From an uncultured Rivularia sp. (GTDB lineage: Bacteria > Cyanobacteriota > Cyanobacteriia > Cyanobacteriales > Nostocaceae): 64,000 bases of DNA. Positions 43,936-54,146 of the stretch are shown here, one piece after another. A program made the position numbers and the translations under genes. The notes under the pieces are model-generated. The model was not told where the DNA came from. It searched no databases and saw only the letters and a list, made by a program, of their open reading frames with translations. The stretch is from NCBI GenBank assembly GCA_963665115.1, contig OY762007.1, positions 5,440,001 to 5,504,000 of the forward strand, in the 5' to 3' direction. Position 1 is the stretch's first letter. Each line of letters starts with the position of its first letter.

Positions 43936-44253
43936 TTACAGCTTAACTTCAATGTCCACACCAGATGGTAAATCAAGTTTCATCAAAGCATCAATGGTTT
44001 TAGAAGAAGGCTGATGGATATCGATAATGCGTCGGTGGGTACGGGTTTCAAAGTGTTCTCGTGAATCTTTATCTACGTGAGGAGAACGAAGTACGCAGTA
44101 GATACGGCGTTTTGTAGGTAAAGGTATCGGACCAATTGCCGTTGCATTAGTGCGGTTAGCAGTATCAACAATTTTCTCGCAAGATGTATCAAGCAAGCGA
44201 CGGTCAAAAGCTTTTAAACGAATTCTAATTTTCTGCTGCTGTAAAGTAGCCAT
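43936..44253 (-). CDS. rpsJ: 30S ribosomal protein S10
   Basis: [17 protein letters not shown] and [13 protein letters not shown]. Confidence 0.98.
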   Translation of the reverse strand: MATLQQQKIRIRLKAFDRRLLDTSCEKIVDTANRTNATAIGPIPLPTKRRIYCVLRSPHVDKDSREHFETRTHRRIIDIHQPSSKTIDALMKLDLPSGVDIEVKL

Positions 44254-44375
44254 TTGTTCAGTTTTCCTGGTTCAGATGATTTGTAAAAAGGAGGGATGGA
44301 AATTTTTATTCACGAGCGTCAAAATTTTAATTTTGACTTCTATTTTGACCTTTGTGTTTCCAACCAAAGACAGTT

Positions 44376-44409
44376 AAAAAGCAGAGAGGCATTATACCAT
44401 CTCTGCCCG
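44376..44409 (-). terminator. Hairpin + T-run after tuf (partial terminator or stabiliser)
   Basis: The minus strand reads GCAGAGATGG...CCTCTCTGC-TTTTT. Confidence 0.5.
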
Positions 44410-44434
44410 TATTCTAGTTAAAGTCCGCGCTTAT

Positions 44435-45664
44435 CTACTTGACGATTTTAGAAACTACGCCAGCACCGATAGTACGACCACCTTCACGAATTGCGAAGCG
44501 CATTCCTTGCTCAATCGCAATTGCGTTGATAAGTTGTACGTTCATCTTGATGCGGTCTCCAGGCATTACCATTTCCGCAGCACTGCCATCATCAGCAGTA
44601 AAGGATTGAATAGTGCCAGTTACATCGGTTGTACGCACGTAGAACTGAGGACGATAACCGGAGAAAAATGGGGTTTTACGACCGCCTTCTTTCTCAGTTA
44701 AAACGTATACTTCACCTTCAAATTCGGTATGAGGAGTAATGCTACCGGGCTTTGCAATTACCATGCCACGCTCGATATCATCTTTCTGCATACCGCGTAG
44801 TAGGATTCCGGCATTATCTCCAGCCATACCTTCATCGAGACTCTTCTTGAACATCTCGATACCAGTTACGGTGGTAGGACGAGTATTTCTGATACCAACC
44901 AATTCAACTTGGTCGCCAACTTTGACTTTTCCACGTTCGATTCTACCAGTTGCTACGGTACCACGACCTGTAATGGAGAATACGTCTTCTACTGCCATCA
45001 AGAAAGGCTTATCTACAGCACGTTCGGGAGTAGGAATGAAAGCATCTACCTGTTCCATCAAGTCGTAGATTTTATCTACCCACTGGTCTTCACCTTTCTT
45101 CATGGTGGGGTTAGCAATCATTTTTTCCAACGCTTGCAAACCAGAACCTGAAACTACAGGAATATCGTCACCGGGGAAATCGTAGTCGCTAAGAAGTTCG
45201 CGGACTTCCAATTCCACCAACTCCAATAATTCATCATCATCCACCATGTCTTGCTTGTTCAAGAAGACTACGAGGCTAGGTACACCAACTTGCTTCGCTA
45301 ACAGGATGTGTTCGCGGGTTTGAGGCATGGGACCGTCAGCAGCAGACACCACGAGAATTGCACCGTCCATTTGGGCTGCACCAGTGATCATGTTTTTCAC
45401 ATAGTCAGCGTGTCCGGGACAGTCTACGTGAGCGTAATGACGACCATCAGTTTCATATTCCACGTGGGAAGTATTGATGGTAATACCCCGTGCCTTTTCT
45501 TCAGGAGCGTTGTCAATATCATCGTACTTCTTTTGTGCTGACTGACCCAAAGCGGATAAAGTCATGGTGATGGCTGCTGTCAACGTGGTTTTACCGTGGT
45601 CAACGTGGCCAATAGTACCGATATTAACGTGTGGTTTATTTCTTTCAAATTTTGCGCGTGCCAT
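44435..45664 (-). CDS. tuf: Elongation factor Tu
   Basis: [21 protein letters not shown] and the NKxD G-motifs; 409 aa. Confidence 0.99.
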   Translation of the reverse strand: MARAKFERNKPHVNIGTIGHVDHGKTTLTAAITMTLSALGQSAQKKYDDIDNAPEEKARGITINTSHVEYETDGRHYAHVDCPGHADYVKNMITGAAQMDGAILVVSAADGPMPQTREHILLAKQVGVPSLVVFLNKQDMVDDDELLELVELEVRELLSDYDFPGDDIPVVSGSGLQALEKMIANPTMKKGEDQWVDKIYDLMEQVDAFIPTPERAVDKPFLMAVEDVFSITGRGTVATGRIERGKVKVGDQVELVGIRNTRPTTVTGIEMFKKSLDEGMAGDNAGILLRGMQKDDIERGMVIAKPGSITPHTEFEGEVYVLTEKEGGRKTPFFSGYRPQFYVRTTDVTGTIQSFTADDGSAAEMVMPGDRIKMNVQLINAIAIEQGMRFAIREGGRTIGAGVVSKIVK

Positions 45665-45682
45665 GTATCCTCGTTTCCTTTT

Positions 45683-47764
45683 TTAACTATGCGTTCCCTT
45701 GTTTTTCGCGATTATTGCCTCAGCCACGTTGCGAGGCACTTCTTCGTAGTTACTAAACTGCATCGAGAAAATACCCCGACCTTGGGTGTTTGACCGAATG
45801 TCAGTTGCGTAACCAAACATTGCTGCCAATGGAACTTTAGAAGTTACCTTGGCTAAGCCATCTTCGGACTCCATGCCTTCAATTTGACCGCGACGAGAGT
45901 TAAGGTCGCCGATGACATCCCCAAGAAATTCTTCGGGTACTTCTACCTCAACTTCCATCAATGGCTCTAACAGCACTGGTGAAGCTTTCATCACCGCTTC
46001 TTTCATCGCCATTGAACCGGCAATTTTGAAAGCCATTTCCGAAGAGTCTACATCATGATAAGACCCATCAACCAATGTTGCTTTAACATCAATTAACGGA
46101 TACCCAGCTATAATACCGGATTCGCTGGTTTCTTTCATTCCCTGCTCGACGGGATTAATATACTCTTTGGGTATCGAACCACCGACAACCTTGGAAACGA
46201 ATTCAAAACCGCTTCCTTGTTCTCCAGGCTCCAAGTTTACAACTACGTGACCGTATTGACCTTTACCACCGCTTTGACGGATGAATTTACCTTCAATTCC
46301 GTTAACTTGTTTGCGGATGGTTTCGCGATAGGCAACTTGCGGCGCACCAACGTTAGCTTCCACCTTGAATTCTCGCAGCATTCTATCTACCAAAATTTCT
46401 AAGTGTAGTTCGCCCATGCCCGCAATCACTGTTTGATTGGTTTCAGGGTTCACGCTAACTCGGAAGGTTGGATCTTCTTCCGAAAGTGACTGCAATGCTC
46501 TACCTAACTTCTCCATATCAACTTTGGTTTTGGGTTCAACCGCAACTGATATTACTGGTTCTGGAATATAAAGCGATTCCAGAATTATTGGAGAATTCTG
46601 TTCGCAAAGGGTGTCACCTGTAAGAGTATCTTTTAGACCTACAGTAGCTCCTAAGTCCCCCGCAGAAAGTTGTTCGACATCTTGCCGGTCATCTGCCTTC
46701 ATCACTACCAAGCGAGAAATTCGTTCTTTTTTCCCTTTGGTAGAGTTGTAGACGTAGCTGCCTTTCTTCAGCACGCCAGAGTAAACCCGGATAAATGTCA
46801 AACGACCGTAGGGATCGGCCATCACTTTGAAAGCAAGAGCAGCTAAAGGTGCTTCATCGTCAGCAGGTCTTTCAACGGTTTCACCATTGGGTAAGGTGCC
46901 TTGAATTGGAGGTACTTCCAATGGAGATGGCAAATAATCTACCACTCCATCAAGCAATAGCTGTACGCCTTTATTTTTGAATGCCGAACCGCAAAGCATC
47001 GGCACCATAGTTCCGGCAATTGTACCTTTACGTAAAGCAAGACGAACTTCCTCTTCGGTAAGCTCTTCGCCCTCGAAGTACTTAGTCATTAAGTCATCCG
47101 AGGTTTCAGCTACTGCTTCAACGAGCTTAGTACGATATTCGTTAGCAAGTTCAACCATTTCACTTGGTATATCTTGCTCTTCGATATCAGTGCCTTGATC
47201 GTTGTTATAAATAAAGGCACGCATTTTCACCAAGTCAATAATGCCGCTAAACTCGCTTTCGCTACCTATAGGCAATTGAACGGGAATGGCATTAGTTCGC
47301 AGGCGATCGCGTACTTGTTCGTAAACCTTATAAAAGTTTGCGCCAGTGCGATCCATCTTGTTAACAAAGATGATTCTGGGCACATGATAGCGGTCTGCTT
47401 GCCGCCAAACCGTCTCTGTCTGAGGCTGCACGCCGCCTACAGAACATAAAACCGTAATTACACCATCCAATACCCGCATAGAACGTTCAACTTCCATCGT
47501 GAAGTCCACATGACCGGGGGTATCGATGATATTAATTTGATGGTCTTTCCAACTGGTACTAATTGCAGCGGCGGTGATAGTAATTCCCCGCTCCCGTTCT
47601 TGTGCCATCCAGTCGGTCACAGCCGTTCCCTCGTGAACTTCACCTATTTTGTGAATGATGCCGGAGTAAAACAGTATTCTTTCTGTTGTTGTAGTTTTTC
47701 CCGCATCAATATGGGCCGCAATACCCATATTGCGAACTTTTTCTAGCGGGTTGGTACGTGCCAA
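45683..47764 (-). CDS. fusA: Elongation factor G
   Basis: [17 protein letters not shown] and NKMD motifs. The true start is likely TTG at 47764, behind an AGGAGG Shine-Dalgarno (693 aa). Confidence 0.97.
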   Translation of the reverse strand: MARTNPLEKVRNMGIAAHIDAGKTTTTERILFYSGIIHKIGEVHEGTAVTDWMAQERERGITITAAAISTSWKDHQINIIDTPGHVDFTMEVERSMRVLDGVITVLCSVGGVQPQTETVWRQADRYHVPRIIFVNKMDRTGANFYKVYEQVRDRLRTNAIPVQLPIGSESEFSGIIDLVKMRAFIYNNDQGTDIEEQDIPSEMVELANEYRTKLVEAVAETSDDLMTKYFEGEELTEEEVRLALRKGTIAGTMVPMLCGSAFKNKGVQLLLDGVVDYLPSPLEVPPIQGTLPNGETVERPADDEAPLAALAFKVMADPYGRLTFIRVYSGVLKKGSYVYNSTKGKKERISRLVVMKADDRQDVEQLSAGDLGATVGLKDTLTGDTLCEQNSPIILESLYIPEPVISVAVEPKTKVDMEKLGRALQSLSEEDPTFRVSVNPETNQTVIAGMGELHLEILVDRMLREFKVEANVGAPQVAYRETIRKQVNGIEGKFIRQSGGKGQYGHVVVNLEPGEQGSGFEFVSKVVGGSIPKEYINPVEQGMKETSESGIIAGYPLIDVKATLVDGSYHDVDSSEMAFKIAGSMAMKEAVMKASPVLLEPLMEVEVEVPEEFLGDVIGDLNSRRGQIEGMESEDGLAKVTSKVPLAAMFGYATDIRSNTQGRGIFSMQFSNYEEVPRNVAEAIIAKNKGTHS

Positions 47765-47913
47765 AAGCAGCCTCCTATGGCTTTTGCCTCTTGATATCTT
47801 GTATATTACACTCTGCTTTAAGTTTCTATACTGACGAACCCAAAACCGTCCGACTTTACAGTAATAAAGATGATATAACACCGATTCAATTCGGCAATAT
47901 ATCTGTCTTCAAC

Positions 47914-48384
47914 TTAATAACGATAATGTGCAAAGGCTTTATTGGCTTCTGCCATCCGATGTGTTTCTTCCCGTTTGCGAATTGCGCTACCTGTTTCGTT
48001 AGACGCATCCATTAATTCGTTTGCCAGCCTGCTTGCCATTGTCCGGCCCGGACGCTGACGAGAATACTGCACTAACCAACGCAGTGCAAGGGTCGTACCC
48101 CTTTCCGAACGTACTTCCATTGGTACTTGATAAGTTGCTCCACCAACTCGTCGAGCTTTGACTTCTACCAGTGGAGTCAGATTGCGTATTGCTCTCTCAA
48201 AAACTTCTGTGGGTTCTCCACCAGTTCTTTCTTCGATAATTTTCATTGCGTCATAAACAATCCGCGCGGCAAGAGATTTCTTGCCATGACGCATGATTCG
48301 CCTGATTGTCATACTAATCAAGCGACTGTTGTAAACTGAGTCAGGCGGAACTGCGCGCCTTTGAATAACACCACGACGAGACAT
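47914..48384 (-). CDS. rpsG: 30S ribosomal protein S7
   Basis: [11 protein letters not shown] and [14 protein letters not shown]. Confidence 0.98.
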   Translation of the reverse strand: MSRRGVIQRRAVPPDSVYNSRLISMTIRRIMRHGKKSLAARIVYDAMKIIEERTGGEPTEVFERAIRNLTPLVEVKARRVGGATYQVPMEVRSERGTTLALRWLVQYSRQRPGRTMASRLANELMDASNETGSAIRKREETHRMAEANKAFAHYRY

Positions 48385-49023
48385 ACTTAACCTTTAATTC
48401 AATATAGCAACTACAAAGAAATGCTTTGATACTTCCGGGAATTATATAGTATGAATTCTCCTGCTTCATTTATGAGCTACGAACAACATTATTAATTGCA
48501 ACTCGGTTTTCGGATATGCCCTTACGCTCATAAATTAACGTCGGAATACTGCTCGCGATTGAGATTTTAAGCGAGCAAGATTCATTATTAGAATCTATAC
48601 TACCCAGATTAACCGCTCAAAAAATTTAAGTTGCTGTGGACTTTCTCAACTTTATCAGTATACAGATAACGCCCCGAATAGTTGAAAAACCGCTCCAACC
48701 ATACATATGAAGCGCCATCGTTTATACGTTGATATTTAAACGGAAATCCTGCGCCATAAAATGTTTTGGGCTTTTTCTAACGTCTATCCCTTGTGCTTCA
48801 TGCAATCCCTGGGTGGTGCAGTTGTTTTCCTTGCTGATTTGATGGCTTCCACTTGGGTTCGCAGACCAAAAGCAACACCTTAGAAAACAACTACAGCCCA
48901 CCCACAAGGATAAACTTGAAACACATCGCCCGCGTTTTGGGTAGCTGTAGACTTTTAGAACTTGAATTATATACAAACATCGCAAGTGAATCTAAAAAAC
49001 AATGCGAAAAACCACAGCGACGA
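48385..49023 (-). ncRNA. Putative large structured RNA in the rpsL-rpsG spacer
   Basis: 639-nt spacer with many complementary segments, both local and long-range (see findings). No credible ORF. Confidence 0.5.
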
Positions 49024-49404
49024 TTACGATGCTTCCTTCGGACGCTTCGTTCCGTACTTTGAACGACCTTGCTTGCGATCTTTTACTCCGGCAGTATCCA
49101 GAGTTCCACGAATAATGTGATATCTCACGCCCGGTAAATCCTTAACCCTACCGCCACGAATCATCACAACAGAGTGTTCCTGTAAGTTGTGACCAATTCC
49201 TGGAATGTAAGCAGTTACCTCGAATCCAGAAGTTAATCTTACCCTTGCAACTTTTCTTAGGGCAGAATTCGGTTTCTTAGGCGTTGTTGTATAAACCCTG
49301 GTACAAACGCCCCGTCTTTGAGGGCATTGCTTCAGAGCCGGGGACTTGGTTTTCTGACGCGCTTTAGAGCGCTCGTTACGAATTAATTGCTGTATTGTTG
49401 GCAT
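49024..49404 (-). CDS. rpsL: 30S ribosomal protein S12
   Basis: [19 protein letters not shown] and [12 protein letters not shown]. Confidence 0.99.
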   Translation of the reverse strand: MPTIQQLIRNERSKARQKTKSPALKQCPQRRGVCTRVYTTTPKKPNSALRKVARVRLTSGFEVTAYIPGIGHNLQEHSVVMIRGGRVKDLPGVRYHIIRGTLDTAGVKDRKQGRSKYGTKRPKEAS

Positions 49405-49528
49405 GAGTTACAGCACGTGAAGCTGCTGATTGTCTAAGTTTTTACAAATCCTGATTATATCTCTTTTTTGAAAAGATTATGTCAACTTTCTAGAAAAAAT
49501 TTAGATTTTTTTAATATATATTTTTTTT

Positions 49529-49690
49529 AATTGGGGATTGGAAATTGGGAATTGGGGATTGGGAATTGGGAATTGGGGAGTAAAGCGTTGATGGGGAAGA
49601 CAATAAGGGAGCAAGATGCTCCCACTACAAATGTTTTTAGAACTAACTTCTAACTCCTAACTCCTAACTCCTAACTCCTAACTCCTCACT
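49529..49690. repeat. STRR tracts (GGGAATT)n and (CTAACTC)n with a half copy of the palindromic repeat
   Basis: Tandem heptamers, plus AGGGAGCAAGATGCTCCCACTAC at 49606-49628. Confidence 0.8.
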
Positions 49691-50016
49691 GAAAAAGAGT
49701 TGCCACAACCGCAAACGGTTACTGCTTGGGGGTTATAGAAGCGAAAGCCTCCACCCATGAGGTCTTCGGAGTATTCGATGGTTAAGTCTTGAGTGCGTTC
49801 TAGGGTTTCGGCATCTAGAACTACTTGTATATTTTTACAGGCGAAAACGCGATCGCAATCTGTTAGTGCTTGTTCGTCTTTAAAAGACATATCGTAAAAC
49901 CAACCGGAGCAACCACCGGGTTTGACAGTTAATCGAAATAACAGGTTGGGTTGTTTTTGTTTTGATTTTAATCTCTGTATCTCGTCTGCTGCTGCCTGAG
50001 AAAGTTTAATCATCAA
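49678..50016 (-). CDS. HesB/IscA-family Fe-S cluster assembly accessory protein
   Basis: GGCSG and the C-terminal CGCGNSF. Confidence 0.9.
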   Translation of the reverse strand: MMIKLSQAAADEIQRLKSKQKQPNLLFRLTVKPGGCSGWFYDMSFKDEQALTDCDRVFACKNIQVVLDAETLERTQDLTIEYSEDLMGGGFRFYNPQAVTVCGCGNSFSVRS

Positions 50017-50258
50017 ATTAATTTTAGATTTTAGATTTTAGATTGAAAGACAGGAGTTGGGAGTTAGGAGTTAGGAGTTAATTGTTTATAACTTATAACC
50101 GATCGCTGGTAATTGATAATTGATAACTGTTCCTAAAAGTATCGCACGGAAACTTCAGAACCAGAAAAGGTAGGAAGTTTCCGTGCGGAATTTAGACGAA
50201 CACAATATATTTTTTAAATGAAACTCATGACGAAAGGTAAGATATCATATCCCCGATT

Positions 50259-50699
50259 TTATTTTTCAGCGCGAGCATAGTCGTCTTGATAACGAACGAT
50301 ATCGTCTTCTCCTAAGTATTCCCCATTTTGTACTTCAATTAATACTAAAGGAATCACTCCGGGGTTTTCTAGACGGTGTGCGGTGCATTGTGGCACGTAG
50401 GTAGACTGGTTGTTGCTCAAGGTAATTTCTTCTTCACCGCAAGTAACTTTAGCGGTTCCAGAGACGACAATCCAGTGTTCGCTACGGTGATGATGCATTT
50501 GTAAGCTTAAGCGGTGTCCCGGTTTCACTTCAATGCGCTTGATTTTATAGCCGCGTGCTTCTTCCAAAATGGTAAAAGAACCCCAAGGACGTAGTTCAGT
50601 CGCAGCCACACCTTCTGGAGTAACCGCTGGGGGTAGGGTAAATGCGTTTGCTTCTGCTGTTTCTTGGAATTGAGCCATAGTTACCTCGTTTGAAGACAT
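50259..50699 (-). CDS. Mannose-6-phosphate isomerase type II C-terminal cupin protein
   Basis: RPWGSF, SLQMHHHRSEHW, HRLENPG and EVQNGEYLGEDDIVR. Confidence 0.9.
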   Translation of the reverse strand: MSSNEVTMAQFQETAEANAFTLPPAVTPEGVAATELRPWGSFTILEEARGYKIKRIEVKPGHRLSLQMHHHRSEHWIVVSGTAKVTCGEEEITLSNNQSTYVPQCTAHRLENPGVIPLVLIEVQNGEYLGEDDIVRYQDDYARAEK

Positions 50700-50989
50700 A
50701 AAAAAATTTACACAGTACTCTTAACTATTGTTGGAAAAAAGTAGCGTAATATTGCAACCGTAATTGTCTGCAATTGAGTCCAGCTTAGCCAAACATACCA
50801 AAGCTAATTGTGACGGTGGAATCAACAGGTAACAATTCTCGTATGTTTACACCAATTCTTCATCAATCGTATAGGTAGCTTTTTACAAGCTTTAAAAAGT
50901 CTTCAAATATTAGTAATTTATTCCTACTAAATACGTACAATCAATAGTTAATTAAGTTACTACTTCTGACTCAGTAATAGAGTTGGGGA

Positions 50990-51132
50990 TAGTTAGGAGT
51001 TAGGAGTAGCAAGTAGAGAGTAGCAAGTAAATCACTTTTTATTCTCATTGACATAAATGTCGCTGCCGTAGAGACCTCTATTTTTACCCGCTACTTATTA
51101 CTTATTACTCACTACTCGCTACTCACTACTTT
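50990..51132. repeat. Opposed STRR arms around a ~60-bp unique core
   Basis: GTTAGGA/GTAGCAA heptamers, then unique sequence, then CTACTTA/CTACTCA heptamers. Confidence 0.7.
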
Positions 51133-51161
51133 AATAATGTCTCCCCATCCCCCATCCCGAC

Positions 51162-53223
51162 TCACGGACGCGGTAAGAAAATACCAATGCCGTTATGAAC
51201 GCTTGCAGCAGTGTTGGGTGAGCGATCGAGTAATTGTCCCCCCAGATAAAGGCTTGTGGAACTACCACCGTCTAAATTTAGGGCGTTGACGCATCCTAGT
51301 TGCTGCATTAATTGAGCGTGTTCTGGTAAGCTGGGTCCTTTTCCACCAGCGCGATCGTGTACCGCAGCAATTATGAGTTTCCCGGTTGAGGTGGTACAAA
51401 TGGCGCTACGGATAGCTCTTTGTTCTGCGAAGGCTTTACTGAATTTTTCGGCTTCAGCATCGAGAACTATTCGATTGTCTTTTAGTAAAAGGGGGTCCGG
51501 CTCCTAATATATGGGGATAGCGATTGAATTCTGGAGAAACTGTGGAACTGGCTATACGTAAAGGAGTTCCAATTTGTAATTGAGCGGCGTTACTTACGGC
51601 ACCAGCACGCAAAGCTAGTAGATAGCCATTTTTTGGAATGGGAGCAAAGCCAACTCCAGCTTTACTTCCTGCATATTGTTGGGTAACTTTATTGTTTTGA
51701 ACGGCTACAATTATTTCGTTGTCGGTAAGAGGTGTATAGTTTTCTCCCCATTGATCGGTGTATCTAGCTATTCCTTGCTGTACGTATCCACTGTTTAAGT
51801 GAGAAATTGGCAGATTTTGATTGCCGGGAATTATTAAATTTTCTTGTAAAGAAAGCCGGTTCATGTAAAATTTTCCGGCATCGTCCCAAGCAATTGCTCC
51901 TCGATTAAGAATTGGCCCGGAGAGCCACTGACCATCTTTACGAATTGCACCCAAGGGTAAACGGTTTTTTCGATTGAAGAAACCACCGTTAATTGCGGCA
52001 GATGCTAAATATTTTCTCGCAGTTTTGATTAGTGGTGCGGTACCTTCTTGTTTTCCTTGGTTGGTAGCAACTGGTCTTATTTGTGCTTTGGAAGTTCGGG
52101 GATCGATTTCTAACCATACTACTGGAAAACGGTCGTTGCCCAAGGATACGAGTTGCTGTCTCCACAGCAATCCCGGTGCCCAATCGATTGAGCGTTCGAC
52201 TAAAGCATCCGGGCGAACATCTACAACTAAACGATTTGGTTTGGGTAAAGTGCTGACTTTTGGAGTTAAGCCGAAAGGAACTACTAGTCGAATAACTGTT
52301 TGATTGTTGACTACTTCGACTTGCTTAATAAGCGGTTCGGGAGTTTCGGTTGATATTGATGGCGGTGTCTTTCTGAAAAGATTGTCTAACTGTACAGGTT
52401 GCGGTATTGGTGGTGCAGGAGTATAACGGCTGATTAAATTAGGATTTGCGATTCCATCAATGGTAATTATCCACTCTCTTGCTGGGGGGGTTGGTTTGGG
52501 AGCGGGAATATCAATATCAGTATCGGTGTTGATTACAACACTTTTAGGTGGAAATGGTAGTGATGGTACTTTAATAGAGGGTTTTAGCTCGGGTTTTGGT
52601 TGAATTTTAGGTTTTGGTTTTTTAATCAAGGAACCCGCAGTCAACTTCCAAGGTGTTGGACGATCCAAATCAATAACTAACTGCTGCTGTTGAGATGAGG
52701 ATTTATCTTGTTTAATTGTTTTTACTTTTGCTCTTGGTGTAGAAATTACTAAGGTATTATCCTTTGCTTGTACTTTCCATCTTGCTTCCCGAGCAAATTT
52801 AGTAATGTCTAAATAACGATATCCCTGCTCTAAGAAACCAGTCAACACTTGCGGTTTAGATAGCGAAGAAAACCACTGTACTGGCTGTAGTTGCGGACTG
52901 TTAGTGCTTAATAAATCTACTCCTATTAGCTGGCGAAGTGCCCCATCACTGATATAAATCGCATCGCCTCGATCTTTATTTTTACCTTTTTGTTGAACCC
53001 AAGTTCCTGGTAAGGTGCGACCATTTACGGATATTTGATCGCCCCCAGATAATAATCCTTTTGAAGTGGATACAACCGACGGTTGATTTGATTGAGCTAT
53101 CTTTGGAACTTCTTTATAAGTTGGTTTAGCTTTAGTAACAGAAGTCGCAGTCAAATTTAGAATTATTGCCAAGGTTGGTAACGTCATAGCCTTGACAAAA
53201 AAGCGATTATTTTTATTAACCAT
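51162..53223 (-). CDS. Secreted phosphodiester glycosidase (NAGPA-like) family protein (one-base frameshift)
   Basis: Signal peptide, Pro-rich linker and AAINGGFF. Removing one base at 51491-51495 extends GAGPLL...IRSAI...ALNLDGGSST to TGA at 51162. The start is uncertain. Confidence 0.83.
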
Positions 53224-53813
53224 AGCAGTGCGGATTTTTCCTCGATCCAAAGTTAGATTTTTGACCATAATGTTGGTTAAGTAATAACTGCAAAAACTTA
53301 GTTTTCTGGCATATTTTCTGGCATAGGAATAATCATCTTCATAGTGCATAACACTAACGTGTTAAGGTATAAATACCCTTCTGTAAAAAGTTAATTCAGT
53401 GCGGGCAAGTTATAAGCAATGCATCAAAAAACAGATTTCTACTGCCAGAAGTTTTCAATATTTTTTACCTTGAAAAGATAAATCGAAATGTTTAATCGTT
53501 TTTGATACGACGCTACTTGTGCAGTGTGTAGCAGGTATTAATCAGATTTGTAAGTAGTACTTGCTCTCTTAGAGTGGGCGTAATACGACAAAATTTGCTC
53601 AAATCGGGAATTGCAAATCGACAATTAGTGTAATACGCTGGCTTTAAGGCACCCTATCAGCGGAATTTTGGTATTGAAAATATTGAACCATTACATAGAA
53701 GTTTTGTTTCATGCCGGCAATATATAACTCAATCTGTAAAAAAAACTTGCATTTCAGACAACCTAATTGAGAGAATATATAGCCTCAAGATATAAAGTCG
53801 GAAACTGGTAAGC

Positions 53814-53945
53814 CACTACGTTGCGGTGAAGTAGTGTGGTCTTGGGGGTTTCCCCCATGAACAACTACTGAACCCGTTCACGCGGAGCGTGCGGCTCAGG
53901 GAGGAACACGACCGTTGTAGTAAGTGGCGCAACCCGAAGGGCGAT
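53814..53945. repeat. GC-rich small dispersed repeat composite upstream of glsF
   Basis: A GC-rich island in an AT-rich spacer containing the hairpin GGGGGTTTCCCCC and a terminal CCCGAAGGG. Confidence 0.5.
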
Positions 53946-54146
53946 ACAATTACTAACTCGCTCAATTCAGCATAAACACATAAAAAATAACCGGATAAGT
54001 TTAACACAAACGTGCAAAAAATCAACTGTGCGTAGTAAAATCTTTCTCCCGGCATTTTGGTAACTCGGTTTTCTCGCTTTTAGGAAAGTGAATAGTTTTT
54101 TTATCGGGACAATATCAAGAAAATTATTGCTATCGGGGGACATTCT

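Noticed and set aside
47765..47881. 39-aa N-terminal extension of EF-G in the ORF track
   Set aside because: The conserved EF-G start and a strong Shine-Dalgarno point to 47764, and the extension is not EF-G-like.
48722..49062. Short ORFs (87 aa minus, 69 aa plus) in the rpsL-rpsG spacer
   Set aside because: They have non-ATG starts, no recognisable motifs and atypical composition. The region is better explained by RNA structure.
49024..49404. Streptomycin-resistance allele of rpsL
   Set aside because: The PKKPNS and RVKDLP motifs are wild type.
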